Below, piece by piece: positions 1 to 12,099 of a stretch of DNA of 64,000 nucleotides (position 1 is its first letter; the number at the start of each line of letters is the position of its first letter). The stretch is from Eledone cirrhosa (taxonomy: Eukaryota): positions 1 to 64,000 of the forward strand of contig CAXHJY010001677.1 of NCBI GenBank assembly GCA_964016885.1, in the 5' to 3' direction. Below the pieces are notes generated by a model. The model did no database searches. It was given only the letters and a program-made list of their open reading frames with translations, and was not told the origin of the DNA. A program made the position numbers and the translations under genes.

Positions 1-475
1 TGTGTGACAATGATACATTTTTATTCCATGCAGGCATCTTGTATTTCAAGAAGGTTCATAGTACAGAGGAAATTTTCAGAACATCAAAATTTTCAAAATC
101 CATGAGTGGGGAACTCTATCAATTGCTTTTTTATAATTAATCCAATCAATACTCAAACTTCTGTTCTAGTTATGATAGTTCCCCAGAATCATACTGTTAA
201 GGAAATGTTGGTCTATGCAACTGTAAGACCCATAACAACAACCTTTTTGATCAATAGAGAAAAGATGATTTTCATCTGTAAATTTGTAGTTTATCTCAGT
301 CAAGGTTTAGGTCAGAATTTTGTATGATGTAGGTTGATATTTTGGGGGAATATTTGTTTGTCGATTTGGGTTAGATATATATTATAGCTTTTGCAAACCA
401 ATCAGGTGTTTTCTCAGGGTTGTGCATAATTTTGTTATAACATTTTACTAACCTATCACATGTAGCAGTTAGAGA

Positions 476-513
<38 letters not shown>

Positions 514-521
514 CATTATTA
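476..521. repeat. (ATT)n microsatellite
   Basis: Direct run of attattatt. Confidence 0.95.
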
Positions 522-840
522 TACTTTTGCTGTTAGCAAGAGTTCCTTTTCCATTGTCAAATAAACTTTTCAAATGAAAAATTCTGGTTAGTGATTTTTC
601 TGGAAAACTTAATTAACCAAAAAACCTAATAAAATAGAGAGGAAGACACTATGAAAATACAAGTTAAACTAATTTAAAACTTATATAACAATATAAATAT
701 AAGAAATATATGTTAGAACAAGTGATGTTGATGTGTTTACATTTTTACATGCAGCTAAGGGCAGGATAAATACTGTATTTTTTCTTATAAAGGTATTTTA
801 ATTAAACAAGACAAGGTTCTCACACACACACACAAGCATT

Positions 841-1105
841 CTTTTATTCTTTTACTCAATTCATTCATTTGACTGCGGTCATATAGGGGCACAACCCTGA
901 TTTCCTCCATCATATTGACCTCAGTACTTATTAGATCAATTCTTTTGTCAAACCACTAAGTTACAAGAGAGCTACAAAAACAAACAAAAATATAGACACA
1001 GACATACATAAACTCATTCACACACACACACAAAGGTTTATATATTTTCTGTCAATGAAATTCCACTCACAAGGTATTGGTCAACTCAGAATAATATGGT
1101 TACAA
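841..1105 (-). mobile_element. Degenerate SINE whose 3' tail matches the CR1-group LINE tail at 52781-52840
   Basis: cttttactc...gactgcggtcata..ggggcac resembles ctttttactc...ggctgaggccatgctggagcaccgcc; internal aaaccactaagttac and aaattccactcacaagg blocks resemble octopus SINEs as I recall them. Confidence 0.5.
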
Positions 1106-1479
1106 ACTGACCTCATTAACTACACACTTCTTCTTCTTTAGGCTTTTAACATCTTGGGCCAAATTTTATCCTCCCAGTAGCCTTGTCACATTTGGGCACT
1201 TTAACTGTTTTGTATCTGCAACCTTGGAGAGATTAGTCATCACCCCTAGATGCATCTAATGTACATCAGAAGATGCCATTGTGACTGAGTATAGGAGATC
1301 AGCAAAGTATTCTCTCTACCTCAAGAAGATGCATTTTTCTGGAGAGAGGAGAACCCCAGATGAGTTCCTGATAGCAGGTGTGGTGGATGACTTCTTATTA
1401 CAAAGATGGCAGGTGGTCTGCCAGAACACTTTATTTGGTGATCTGATGTTGAATTCTAGTTTAACTCCAAAGTCCACCA

Positions 1480-2240
1480 TGTCATTACTTTGGATGCTAT
1501 TACTGTCTTTATTGTAACTTTTCTCATTTGTTTGTACTGCAAATGCAAAAAAGAAGTCTTATTTCTAGGCCAAGCTTTGTATGCTTCCTTTTTGCTTGGA
1601 TGGCACCTTTGACCAAAGGGTTCTCCTGCCACTAAATGATGCAAGCCACTTGTGCTTGCATCATTTAACAGCTAAAGCAGAAACTGCTGAGCTAAACACT
1701 CTCCTCTTCATTTCAATGTCCTCTGTTTGCTCCAGGCCTTTTTACATCGGGTAGTCAGAGCCAACATGTGCATTGAATTTTACCATTAGGATATATGACT
1801 CAGTCTTAACTAGATCTAATGCTGCAGTGACTTCAAAGAAGGATCTGAATTCAGGCTCTCTGTTTGGTGCACTTGCACCATCCATGGAGACCTTCCTCAG
1901 TCTAAGATTTAAGAGGCATATTCTCATTCTAAATGGGATCCATACCACAAAATATTCTGACGGGCTCTGAGTATCCCCACTTCCAACTGTGATGTCTTTT
2001 CTGATACCCCATCTGAATAGTGGCATTTCTGTCCTATATCTAAATCTAGTGTACCAGAGCCATGGAAATTTCTTGAGGAAAGCCTGACTATATCTAACTG
2101 GAAGTATCTGGCCTCCTCCAATAGCTTCTGCTCCTTGCCAGTATGATTTGTTAAGTTCCAGTTACCAATTGTTTGTTCCCTTCCAAACCCACTCTGTGGT
2201 CGCGGAATACACAACCTTTCTGCACCTATCAAATACCTCC
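1480..2240 (-). pseudogene. RTE-type LINE AP-endonuclease fragment (frameshifted)
   Basis: TIGNWNLTNHTGKEQKLLEEARYFQLDIVRLS and YILMVKFNAHVG are EEP endonuclease motifs. Confidence 0.75.
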
Positions 2241-2360
2241 GAGTACAGGTCCCAAGTCCATCACCAGTTCTTGCAGTATTAGATGAAGACTGTAATATAT
2301 TTTTCGAACTGGCCCCTCTAAGGCCTGAATGTGCCCCTTGCTATCCTGTATAAAGAATAA

Positions 2361-2530
2361 TTGTTTCTACTTTTGGCACAAGGCCAACAATTATCCCAGT
2401 GCATTACTGCTGCTTTATTTTATTGACCCCGTAAGGATGTAAGGCAAAGGTGACCTTGGCGGGATTTGAACTCACACCGTAAAGGGCCGTAACTCTATGC
2501 CGCAACGCACGGTGTCCGACCCTCTACCGC
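2361..2530 (-). mobile_element. tRNA-derived SINE
   Basis: B-box gagttcaaatccc on minus strand; close copies at 38843-39012 and 16637-16730. Confidence 0.8.
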
Positions 2531-2814
2531 TTTTACTTTGTAAAGGATAATGCGATATGGATGTCTTTACCTTTTCCAACCACAATACCTGTTACCAATT
2601 TGGTTATTTTCTTTGAAGACGAGCCTTTTTACAGGCAACCTTTACTTGCCTCATCTTAGCTATAACTATACACTGATATACAATAAATCATGTATTTTCC
2701 TTATTGCCTGTTTGAATGATTTTTGTTTCTTATTTATGAATGTAAAACATTTTTTTAATAGAGTTTTTCGATGCCTGACAAACCATCACAGGGTGAAACC
2801 CCCAGTTACTGCAG

Positions 2815-2945
2815 CGATTCATTTTCAGCTGAGTGTAGTGGGGGAATATGAAATGAAGCATTTTTCTCAAGAAAGCCACACTCAACCCAGTCCAGAAATT
2901 GAACCAATGACATTGTGACTGTAATCCCAACACATTTAGCATGAG
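2815..2945 (-). mobile_element. Degenerate tRNA-derived SINE head/body
   Basis: Similar to 11925-12065 (cagctgagt...gaaatgaag...ctcaag...gaattgaac). Confidence 0.5.
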
Positions 2946-3429
2946 TAGATCAATGATCGATACTTGTTAAATTATAACATAGTAGCCAGAACAATGTGGC
3001 TTTAATGTTTGTTATTGTTTAATTTAAATTTCAGAGTTATATTTTATTTATTTATTTCCTTTCAGTTTACTTTGGTACACTATTTTCATAATTTGAAAAA
3101 AAAATGTTGACATAAACAATCAATAAAAGAGTAACTTGAAGCTAGTACCTCAGCTATGGTAGAAATTTATTGTGAAGAGTTAATAAAAATAAAAAGAACA
3201 CTGAAGAAACAACAATGAAAAACAAAGCAACTGAAGAACAAATCCAATTCACAGATTCTATTTAAAAGGAAATTGGACATGCAAGAAAAGGAAATTAAGA
3301 TTAATTGATTTGTCTGATGGGGTTGTAGTGTTATGTTGACTGTATATGCATACACATATACCATTGTTACTCACACACACACACGTGTATATGTGTGTGT
3401 GTTTCTGTATGTATATATATATATGTATG

Positions 3430-3492
<63 letters not shown>

Positions 3493-3640
3493 ATTGTTAT
3501 ACTTTGGGAGGGTCATGTTGCAAATAAGAAACACACGCACTAGTTGCATTTACTTCAATTTATTATAATAAATTTATAAATTTAGGAATTTATAAATTTC
3601 TGGTTGGTTGGTTCCACAACCAGATAGTTGTTTATACATT

Positions 3641-3683
3641 GTCAAAGTTCTTTCGTCACACATTATGTGACCTCTTCAGTGAC
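3641..3683 (-). ncRNA. Minimal type I hammerhead ribozyme (family B)
   Basis: GTCA-CTGAAGA-G-GTCACA/TGTGAC-GAAA-GAAC-TT-TGAC. Confidence 0.75.
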
Positions 3684-3808
3684 TGGGGATTATTTTCTTT
3701 GTTTTTGTGCCTCTCCTTTGTACTGTCCTACGCCATTTTGTTTCTGTGAAACAAAATGGCGTAGGACAGAACAAAGGAGAGTCACAAACACAAAGAAAAG
3801 AATCCCCA

Positions 3809-3851
3809 GTCACTGAAGAGGTCACAGAATGTGTGACGAAAGAACTTTGAC
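3809..3851 (+). ncRNA. Minimal type I hammerhead ribozyme (family B)
   Basis: Stem I GTCA/TGAC, CTGAAGA, stem II GTCACA-GAATG-TGTGAC, GAAA, CUU triplet. Confidence 0.8.
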
Positions 3852-4080
3852 AATATATAAACAACTATCTGGTTGTGGAACCAACCAACCAACCAGAAAT
3901 TTATAAATTCCTAAATTAAAAAATTTATTATAATAAATTGAAGTGAAAGCAACTGGTGCGTGTGTTTCTTATTGGCAACATGACCCTCCCAAAGTATAAC
4001 AATATCGGTTTCAACACACGATTTCAGATAAAGAATCTTGCTAAACAAATTCAGAAACGAAATATATATATATATAAATA

Positions 4081-4760
<680 letters not shown>

Positions 4761-4831
4761 TATTGAAGTTTGCTTGAAGCATTGTGGAATAATAAGTAAA
4801 TATCTTTAAGTCGTTTGGAAGCCTCGACAAT

Positions 4832-5225
4832 CTATCTATCTAAGGCGGGTAAAATTCCCGAGATCCATGGACGAGTTCTCTCCAGCGGTCTCTGTCCCTC
4901 ATTATCGCTGCCATATCCTGCATCTCCAACAGACCAGTGTCTGTCCTTAGGGCATCAACATATGTTAACCTTGGTCTTCCTCTTCTAGTGTGTCCATGTA
5001 GGGGCTCCCAAAGGAGCACTGAGTGCAATGTCAACTCTGGATGTCGGTGAGCATGTCCAGCCAACCTCAGTCTCCTCTGTGTCACTTTTGAGCTGACTTT
5101 TGGGATGCTCGCATACAGCTCTGAGTTTTTCATCCTCAGTGTATACTGATTAATGTTCAGAGCCATCCTCAGCATTCTCGTGTAGCACCCATCCACCATC
5201 TGAGTGAGTCTCTTGGTCAGTGTCC
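4832..5225 (-). mobile_element. 5'-truncated RTE-like LINE nested in the PLE pLTR, 13-bp TSD
   Basis: TSD aagcctcgacaat at 4819-4831 and 5226-5238; RRLRLAGH...RRGRPRLTY...DRDRWR C-terminus; (gata) tail. Confidence 0.9.
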
Positions 5226-6142
5226 AAGCCTCGACAATGCAAATGGGTAAATCTCCGGGTAACAAGATCCGGTGGTGGAGAGAGAGAGATGTAAGTGGGT
5301 GTACGTTGAGATGCGTGGTGTGTATAAGATGTGTAAGATGAAGAGAAGAGTATAAAGGATAAAATAAAAATAACAACACAAGAGAGAGTTACCTTGGGAG
5401 AGATTTAATAGTCCCTATATATTTCGGATTCACATCCATCAACTGGGGTTTTTTTCCGGGGTGGGGGAAAGGTTGTCTGTCGGACAGGTGCGAAACGCGT
5501 CCTCCGCTGTTTGTTGTTTTGAATATCTGAGGTATTCGGCAGAGCGCGCGTGCGCGTGAAATGGGGTCGGTCGGGCAGAGGTCAGCGGCCGAATGAGGGA
5601 GTGGGGTAGCGCTAGCTGTCAGTCCATTCTCTGCCTGTTTGTTAAATGTTATTGTGTGTGTGTGTGTGCGTGTGTTGTTGTCTCGCTTGAGTGTGTGTGT
5701 TTGTGCGTGTGTTGTTGCCTTGTTCCTCTGTATTGGCAGTGTAGTATGTTCGTATGGTGGAATGCTACTGTGTGTGTGTGCGTGTGTGTGTGTAGTTGTC
5801 TCGTTTGTGTCTGTGTGTGCGTGTGTTTGTTGTTGCTGCATTGTTTGTTAACTTAAACCAGCCATCTCATTTCGCTTCTCTCTGATCGGTTGTTTATTTG
5901 CGGTTGCAGGCATTTAATAAAAAGCGCTTCCTTGATACGAAACATGCCGACGTTTCTTTCAGTCGCTAGAATTGTGACAATGGGCCTTCCGTCTTTGTTT
6001 CCGCATTTGTCTATGTGTTTCCGGAGAGACGAGGCCCTGGTTTTAGTGTGTTCCTTGATCCGGATGTGCAAAGGTCGGATTGTGCTACTTATGTAGTATT
6101 GGTTGCACCTGTCACATTCTATCTTATACACGACGTATGTGC

Positions 6143-7072
6143 CAATAGCACCCGGGGACTTGCTCCTGAAAATCACTAAAGCAATCGACCAGTGCTACCA
6201 CTCCAGAGTCCAATACCAGAAAAAACGGCTCAAGCGAAAATATGAGTGGATCTTGTCGAAACGCCACAACGAGAACATCGACACTAACGAACAGACGGAC
6301 CAGAACCACGTGGGAAACAAAAACTTAACAACCGCCACCGCCGCATCCACCAACACCGAGCCATACCTCAACGATGCGACGCACCTGGTCACCGACCTAA
6401 CCGGCACTCTCACGAGCGACGAGCTGAAACTCCTACACCTCGGACCCAAGTTCATCGTCTCACAACGTCTCGACGGCACATTCAAACTCATCATTGAGGC
6501 CAACTTTTGTCGAGCCGCTTACCAACTTAAATGGGTGACCGCCATCAACAGCGCCACAGAAAATAACAGCGCCCCCCCCCCCCCCAAGTTCCCCACTTAC
6601 CCCCCCCCCCCCACACACACACACACACCAACCACGAACTCGACACTAAACTCATCAGGCTAAAACACTCGATCTCGGATATACTTCACAAACACACACA
6701 CACACGCACAACACATAACCTCACCAAATCTCATCTCACCACTCTCTCCAACCTAAAATCGAAGAACCTCATCTATCTCCCCTCCGACAATGGAAAAGAA
6801 TTCTGCGTTATCAGCAGAGAGGCCTACAACACCCTGGCCCTCCAACACCTTGACGATGACAACCTCTACTCCAAGCTCACGGGAATCACTCCCGCGCAGA
6901 TAGAAGAGCACATCAACGCCGCCTGGACCAACATCTGCGACCGGCGGAACCTCCCGAAGAAGCTGAGATACAACCTCCTCACGAGGAACAGCAGACTACC
7001 CGCCTTCTACCACCTCGTGAAAAAAAAAACAAACAGGGACCCGACCTGAAGATCAGGCCCATCGTATCGAGC
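6143..7072 (+). pseudogene. Frameshifted N-terminal part of the PLE family-A ORF
   Basis: LLHLGPKF, YLPSDNGKEFCVI, LPAFYHLV...KIRPIVS motifs broken at poly-C and poly-A runs. Confidence 0.75.
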
Positions 7073-8443
7073 GTGGAGGGACCACTCTACAAAATTTCAT
7101 GGCTCCTAGCCAGAATACTCAAACCCATCTTAGACACCTTGCCGGGACACGTTAACAGCTCCGAGGAGGTGTTGAAGCGCCTGCATCAAATGGATCCCGA
7201 CACCAGACGGAATAACAGACATGCCTTCAGCCTTGATGTAGTCGCTCTCTACACCTCGGTCCCGGCACTCCCGGCCGTCAATATACTGATGGAACGCGTC
7301 CAATCCACCGACCTACACTGCTTCGGGCTCACCACCACTGACATCCACCAACTCCTATCCATCGTCGTCGACAACAGCTACTTCGGATTCCTTGAACAAA
7401 CATACCAACAAACCTCGGGATTGCCCATGGGATCAAGCCTATCAGGTGTGCTAGCGATCTCTTACATGGACAACTTCGAACGCAAGGCACTCAACGCCTG
7501 CCACCCCAACGCCGTAGCCTTTTTCTCAAGGTACGTGGACGATATCCTCATCCTCACATCTTCCCAAGACATGGCGAACAGAATCTATGAGACGTTCAAC
7601 AACACGGACGAGAACATTGACTTCAGTGTTGAACACCCCAACGAAGACGGGTCACTTGCCCTCCTCGACTTCCGAATCAACATCACGGAACAGGGAAGAA
7701 TCCACTGCAACTTCTACCGAAAGGCAGCCTGCAGGGACCTGTTCGTTGACTACAAGTCCGCCCTCCCTAACAGTGCCAAAAGAGGATACATCACAAACGA
7801 GATCGCGCGAATCAAAAACAGATGCAGCGATCCCGCGAGTGGTGTCACTCATACAAAGCGATTCCTCGAGGTGCTGGAGACGAACGGGTACCCTACCTCG
7901 ATCACACACAGAATAGGAGACACCAGACACAAGAGACAGAGAAGCACACAAGGCAAGTGCTTCCTTAAAATGCCACACCTGGGCGAGAATACCACCAACG
8001 CTATCCGCAAGGCTATACGGAGGGAGTGCCTCGACATCCACCTGGCCCACTCGGGCCCCTCCCTGCGAAGATGCCTCTCCAGGAAACCCGGGAAATCTAC
8101 TGACGCATGCTCCCTCAGAGACTGCCCGATACGCCATGCGAAATTGTGCCTACGCACATACGTCGTGTATCAGATAGAATGTGACAGGTGCAACCAATAC
8201 TACATAGGTAGCACAATCCGACCTTTGCACATCCGGATCAAGGAACACACTAAAACCGGGGCCTCGTCTTTCCGGAAACACATAGACAAATGCGGAAACA
8301 AAGACGGAAGGCCCATTGTCACAATTATAGCGACTGAAAGAAACGTCGGCACGTTACGTATCAAGGAAGCGCTTTTTATCAAACGACTGCAACCGCAAAT
8401 AAACAACCGATCAGAGAGAAGCGAAATGAGATGGCTGGTTTAA
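7073..8443 (+). CDS. PLE reverse transcriptase plus GIY-YIG endonuclease (3' part of ORF)
   Basis: SLDVVALYTSVP, GLPMGSSLS, RYVDDI; VVYQIECDRCNQYYIGSTIRPLHIRIKEH...EALFI...INN. Confidence 0.92.
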   Translation: MEGPLYKISWLLARILKPILDTLPGHVNSSEEVLKRLHQMDPDTRRNNRHAFSLDVVALYTSVPALPAVNILMERVQSTDLHCFGLTTTDIHQLLSIVVDNSYFGFLEQTYQQTSGLPMGSSLSGVLAISYMDNFERKALNACHPNAVAFFSRYVDDILILTSSQDMANRIYETFNNTDENIDFSVEHPNEDGSLALLDFRINITEQGRIHCNFYRKAACRDLFVDYKSALPNSAKRGYITNEIARIKNRCSDPASGVTHTKRFLEVLETNGYPTSITHRIGDTRHKRQRSTQGKCFLKMPHLGENTTNAIRKAIRRECLDIHLAHSGPSLRRCLSRKPGKSTDACSLRDCPIRHAKLCLRTYVVYQIECDRCNQYYIGSTIRPLHIRIKEHTKTGASSFRKHIDKCGNKDGRPIVTIIATERNVGTLRIKEALFIKRLQPQINNRSERSEMRWLV

Positions 8444-8843
8444 CTTAACAAACGATGCAGCAACACACAACACACGCACACACACACAAACGAGACAACT
8501 ACACACACACACGCACACACACACACAGTAGCATTCAACCATACGAACATACTACACTGCCAATACAGAGGAACAAGGCAACAACACACGCACACACACA
8601 CACACTCAAGCGAGACAACAACACACGCACGCACACACACAGTAACATTTAACAAACAGGCAGAGAATGGACTGACAGCTAGTGCCACCCCACTCCCTCA
8701 TTCGGCCGCTGACCTCTGCCCAACCGACCCCATTTCAAGCGCACGCGCGCTCTGCCGAATACCTCAGATATTCAAAACAACAAACAGCGGAGGACGCATT
8801 TCGCACCTGTCCGACAGACAACCTTTCCCCCACCCGGAAAAAA

Positions 8844-8879
8844 CCCCAGTTGATGGATGTGAATCCGAAATATATAGGG
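8844..8879 (+). ncRNA. Degenerate HHR-like motif in family-A pLTR (copies 5413-5448 and 25175-25210, minus)
   Basis: CCC-CAGTTGA-T-GGAT/ATCC-GAAA-TATA-TA-GGG; core departs from CUGANGA. Confidence 0.45.
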
Positions 8880-9099
8880 ACTATTAAATCTCTCCCAAGG
8901 TAACTCTCTCTTGTGTTGTTATTTTTATTTTATCCTTTATACTCTTCCCTTCATTCTTCTACACATCTTACACATCTTATACACACCACGCTCCTTTAAC
9001 GTACACCCACTTACATATCTCTCTCTCCACCACCGGATCTTGTTACCCGGAGATTTACCCATTTGCATTGTCGAGGCTTCCAAACGACTTAAAGATATT

Positions 9100-9153
<54 letters not shown>

Positions 9154-9164
9154 CACAAACACAC

Positions 9165-10851
9165 AGAGGGACCAGCTATTGAGATTGACGAATATTGGGT
9201 ACAAGAGGCAATTAAGGTAATGAAGAATTGTAAGGCTGCTGGGACATCGGGGATAGTTGCTGAGATGCTGAAGGCTTCAGGAGAAGTAGGCACTAAACTA
9301 GTTGCACGCATCAACTAGTTGCACGCATCATTAATCAAGCTATGTATGGTGATGTCATACCCAAAGACTGGTACAGCAGTATTCTCATAAATTGTTCCAA
9401 AGGTAACGCGGATGCTCTAGAGAAGAGCAATTATATGGGCATAAAGCTGATGGATCAGGTTTTGAAAGTGGCAGAGACAATATTAGCGCAACTGGTTAGA
9501 GAAAGGGTCAATTTAGATGAAATGCAGTTTGGTTTTGTGCATCGGAAAAGTACAACAGATGCTCTCTTCATAGTGAGGCAATTACAAGAGAGGTTCTTAG
9601 AGAAGAATAAGCCACTATACTTAGCTTTTGTTGACCTAGAGAAGGCCTTTGATAGGGTACCCCGATCTGTCATCTGGTGGTCCCTAAGGAAAGAGGGGTA
9701 GAGGAATGGTTTGTGAGGACAGTGCATGCTATGTACAGGGGTGCTGTCAGTAAAGTGAGAATAGGAATGGATCTGTCCTCAGCCCACTCTTCTTCATTAT
9801 AGTCCTCCAAGCCATAACGGAGGAGTTTAAGACTGGATGCCCATGGGAACTTATTTATGCTGATGATCTGGTTCTTATAGAAGAATCAGTAATGGAGCTA
9901 GAGAATAAATTCGGGTTATGGAAACAGCAGTTGGAATCAAGAGGCCTGAGAATGAATATAGGTAAAACAAAGGCGTTGATAAGTAGAAGAGAGGACAATA
10001 CTCTGATTCCACCAGGGAAATGGCGGCCATGTTCGATATGTATGAAAGGAACTGGCATAAATTCCATAAAATGTACATAATGCAGATCTTGTGTACACAA
10101 GAGATGTAGTGGGATAGTAGGCACAATAAAAAGTAGGGAAACTATGTATGCAGTAGTTGTACAGGGAAAGTTGGCAGTAGTAATCAAAGTGATAGACTCA
10201 TTTTTCCAATGCAGGTGGGTTCTATAGAAGTGGTTGATAGCTTCCGGTACCTAGGTGATCAGATTAGCATGGGAGGGGTGTGTTCCGAGGCCATAGTATC
10301 TAGAATGAGGATGGGTTGGAAGAAGTTCAGGGAGCTGCTTCCACTGTTGACAAAGAATGGTTTCTCCCTGCGTACGAAAGGACGGTTATATGATGCCTGT
10401 GTGAGATGCGTGATGCTGCATGTTAGAGATACATGGGCAGCAACTGCAGAAGATATGCGATGGCTGGAGAGAAATGAAGCAAGTATGCTCCGTTGGATGT
10501 GCAATGTCAATGTGCGTGAACGACCAAGCATAGACGAGTTGAGAAAGAAACTGGGTATAAGAGGGATAAGCTGTGGTGTATAGGAGAGAAGGCTGAGATG
10601 GTATGGACATGTGATGCACATGTAGGATGACCGATGGGTGAAGAAAGGCCAGGAAGTCCCAGTGGACGGAAGACGCAGTAGAGGTAGACCATGAAAAACA
10701 TGGGCGGGGTTATTGAGAGCAGACCTCATATCGCTGAAACTCACGGAGGAGATGATGAAGGACCGTGATAAGTGGAGAGATGCTGTGCTGAATAGGACCC
10801 GTCCAACCCTTGCAAACAGGGAAAAGCGGACGTAAAATGGTGATGATGATG
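9165..10851 (+). mobile_element. RTE-clade LINE, 5'-truncated, decayed RT with Cys-rich insert and (gat)n tail
   Basis: QFGF..KSTTDALFIVRQLQE, FVDLEKAFDRVPR, YADDLVL, CSIC...HKRCSG, FRYLG. Confidence 0.9.
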
Positions 10852-10866
10852 ATATATACATATGTA

Positions 10867-11345
10867 CAGGTTCACAATCTCTTACCCGAAAACCTTGGGA
10901 CCGGACAAATTTTGGATTTCAGAATGGAAAATGTTTAGTGTAGATTTTAAAGTATATTAGATAAAACCTTATAGGGGACAAGGGTGGCTTAGTGGCAGAG
11001 TGCTCAGCTCATGGTTATAGTTCCCGCACCATAAAAAGCATTAAGATGCCGCACAGGTACACCACGATCAAGCTTCTGCGATAACTTTACTTTCAGGACT
11101 ATCAATAATAACAGACGCTTCTTTTTCTGTTTCTCACTGTTAACCATAGGGGAATCTGCAGCTCTTTTTCACAATTTCACAGTCTGCAAAGTAAAAAACA
11201 AATTCCATGAGCAGCAGAGGAAATGTGCATCTGACTAGTAAGCACACTGAGACATAACTGCGTGACCTGGGTTGACTATTGGTTATTTTGGGTGCATTTT
11301 GACACCAAATGTGAACTGTCATGTGCAGAGGACATCCTGAAAAAA
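10867..11345 (+). mobile_element. Tc1/mariner-type MITE, left part
   Basis: TA-CAGGTTCACAAT terminus; body shared with 19158-19483, which ends ATTGTGAACCTG-TA. Confidence 0.65.
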
Positions 11346-11373
11346 TTGTTTGGTTTGAACAAAGATTGTCAAC

Positions 11374-11442
<69 letters not shown>

Positions 11443-11447
<5 letters not shown>

Positions 11448-11710
11448 ATAATAATAAATTTGAAGACTAAAATCCAAAGAGGGCTCGATAAGGAAAAAAA
11501 TATCAAATATATAAGAACCGTGAAGCAAATATTTATTAAAATAACCGATTAAAGTTTAAGCAAAGAATCGCTGCTTTCACCCTTAACGGGATCTTCTGAA
11601 ACTCCCGTTAAGTTTCAGAAGATCCCGTTAAGGGTGAAAGCAGCGATTCTTTGCTTAAACTTTAATCTGTTATTTTAATAAATATTTGCTCTACGGTTCT
11701 TATATATTTA
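11443..11710. mobile_element. Palindromic pLTR pair with two back-to-back CAGAAGA-core HHRs (11553-11603 minus; 11611-11661 plus)
   Basis: Inverted arms centred near 11607; same HHR as 4627-4677. Confidence 0.8.
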
Positions 11711-11723
11711 TATATATATTTAT

Positions 11724-12068
11724 ATCATCATCATCATCATCAACGTTACACGTCCACTTTTCACTGCTTGCAAGGGTGGGACAGGAACTGATTCTGGCTT
11801 GATTTCTACAGCTGGATGCACTTCCTAACACCAACCTCATTTACAGTGAGTGCTGGGTGCTTTTTTGCTGTGGCAGCTCCACGACCACTTTGCAGTTGAA
11901 TGATAGGGACCCCAGTCCTATCATCTCATTTCTACAGCTGAGTAAACTGGAGCAATGTGAAATAAAGTCTTTTGCTCAAGGAAACAATACATAGCCCGGT
12001 CTGAGAATTGAACTCTCAATCTTTCTATTGCAAGCCCAATGCTCTAACCACTAAGCCATGTGCCTCCA
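11724..12068 (-). mobile_element. tRNA-derived SINE with RTE-derived 3' tail
   Basis: A-box tggcttagtgg, B-box gagttcaattc; tail cccacccttgcaagcag..gaaaa...(gat)n matches LINE ends at 10800-10851 and 31284-31332. Confidence 0.85.
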
Positions 12069-12099
12069 TTATATATATATATATACATATATATTCAAG

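Larger units (their letters stand above)
3493..4062. mobile_element. Palindromic pair of PLE family-B pseudo-LTRs between (TA)n tracts
   Basis: 3493-3744 is the reverse complement of 3748-4002; the sequence matches the termini of the PLE at 44392-49982. Confidence 0.9.
4756..9102 (+). mobile_element. Penelope-like element family A, 5'-truncated, with an inverted 3' segment (4756-6142, minus)
   Basis: 5226-6142 is the reverse complement of ~8154-9079; RT plus GIY-YIG ORF; both ends in (TA)n. Confidence 0.92.

Noticed and set aside
1-840. Host exon or gene
   Set aside because: The short ORF has no recognisable motif or convincing exon structure; small exons cannot be excluded without RNA data
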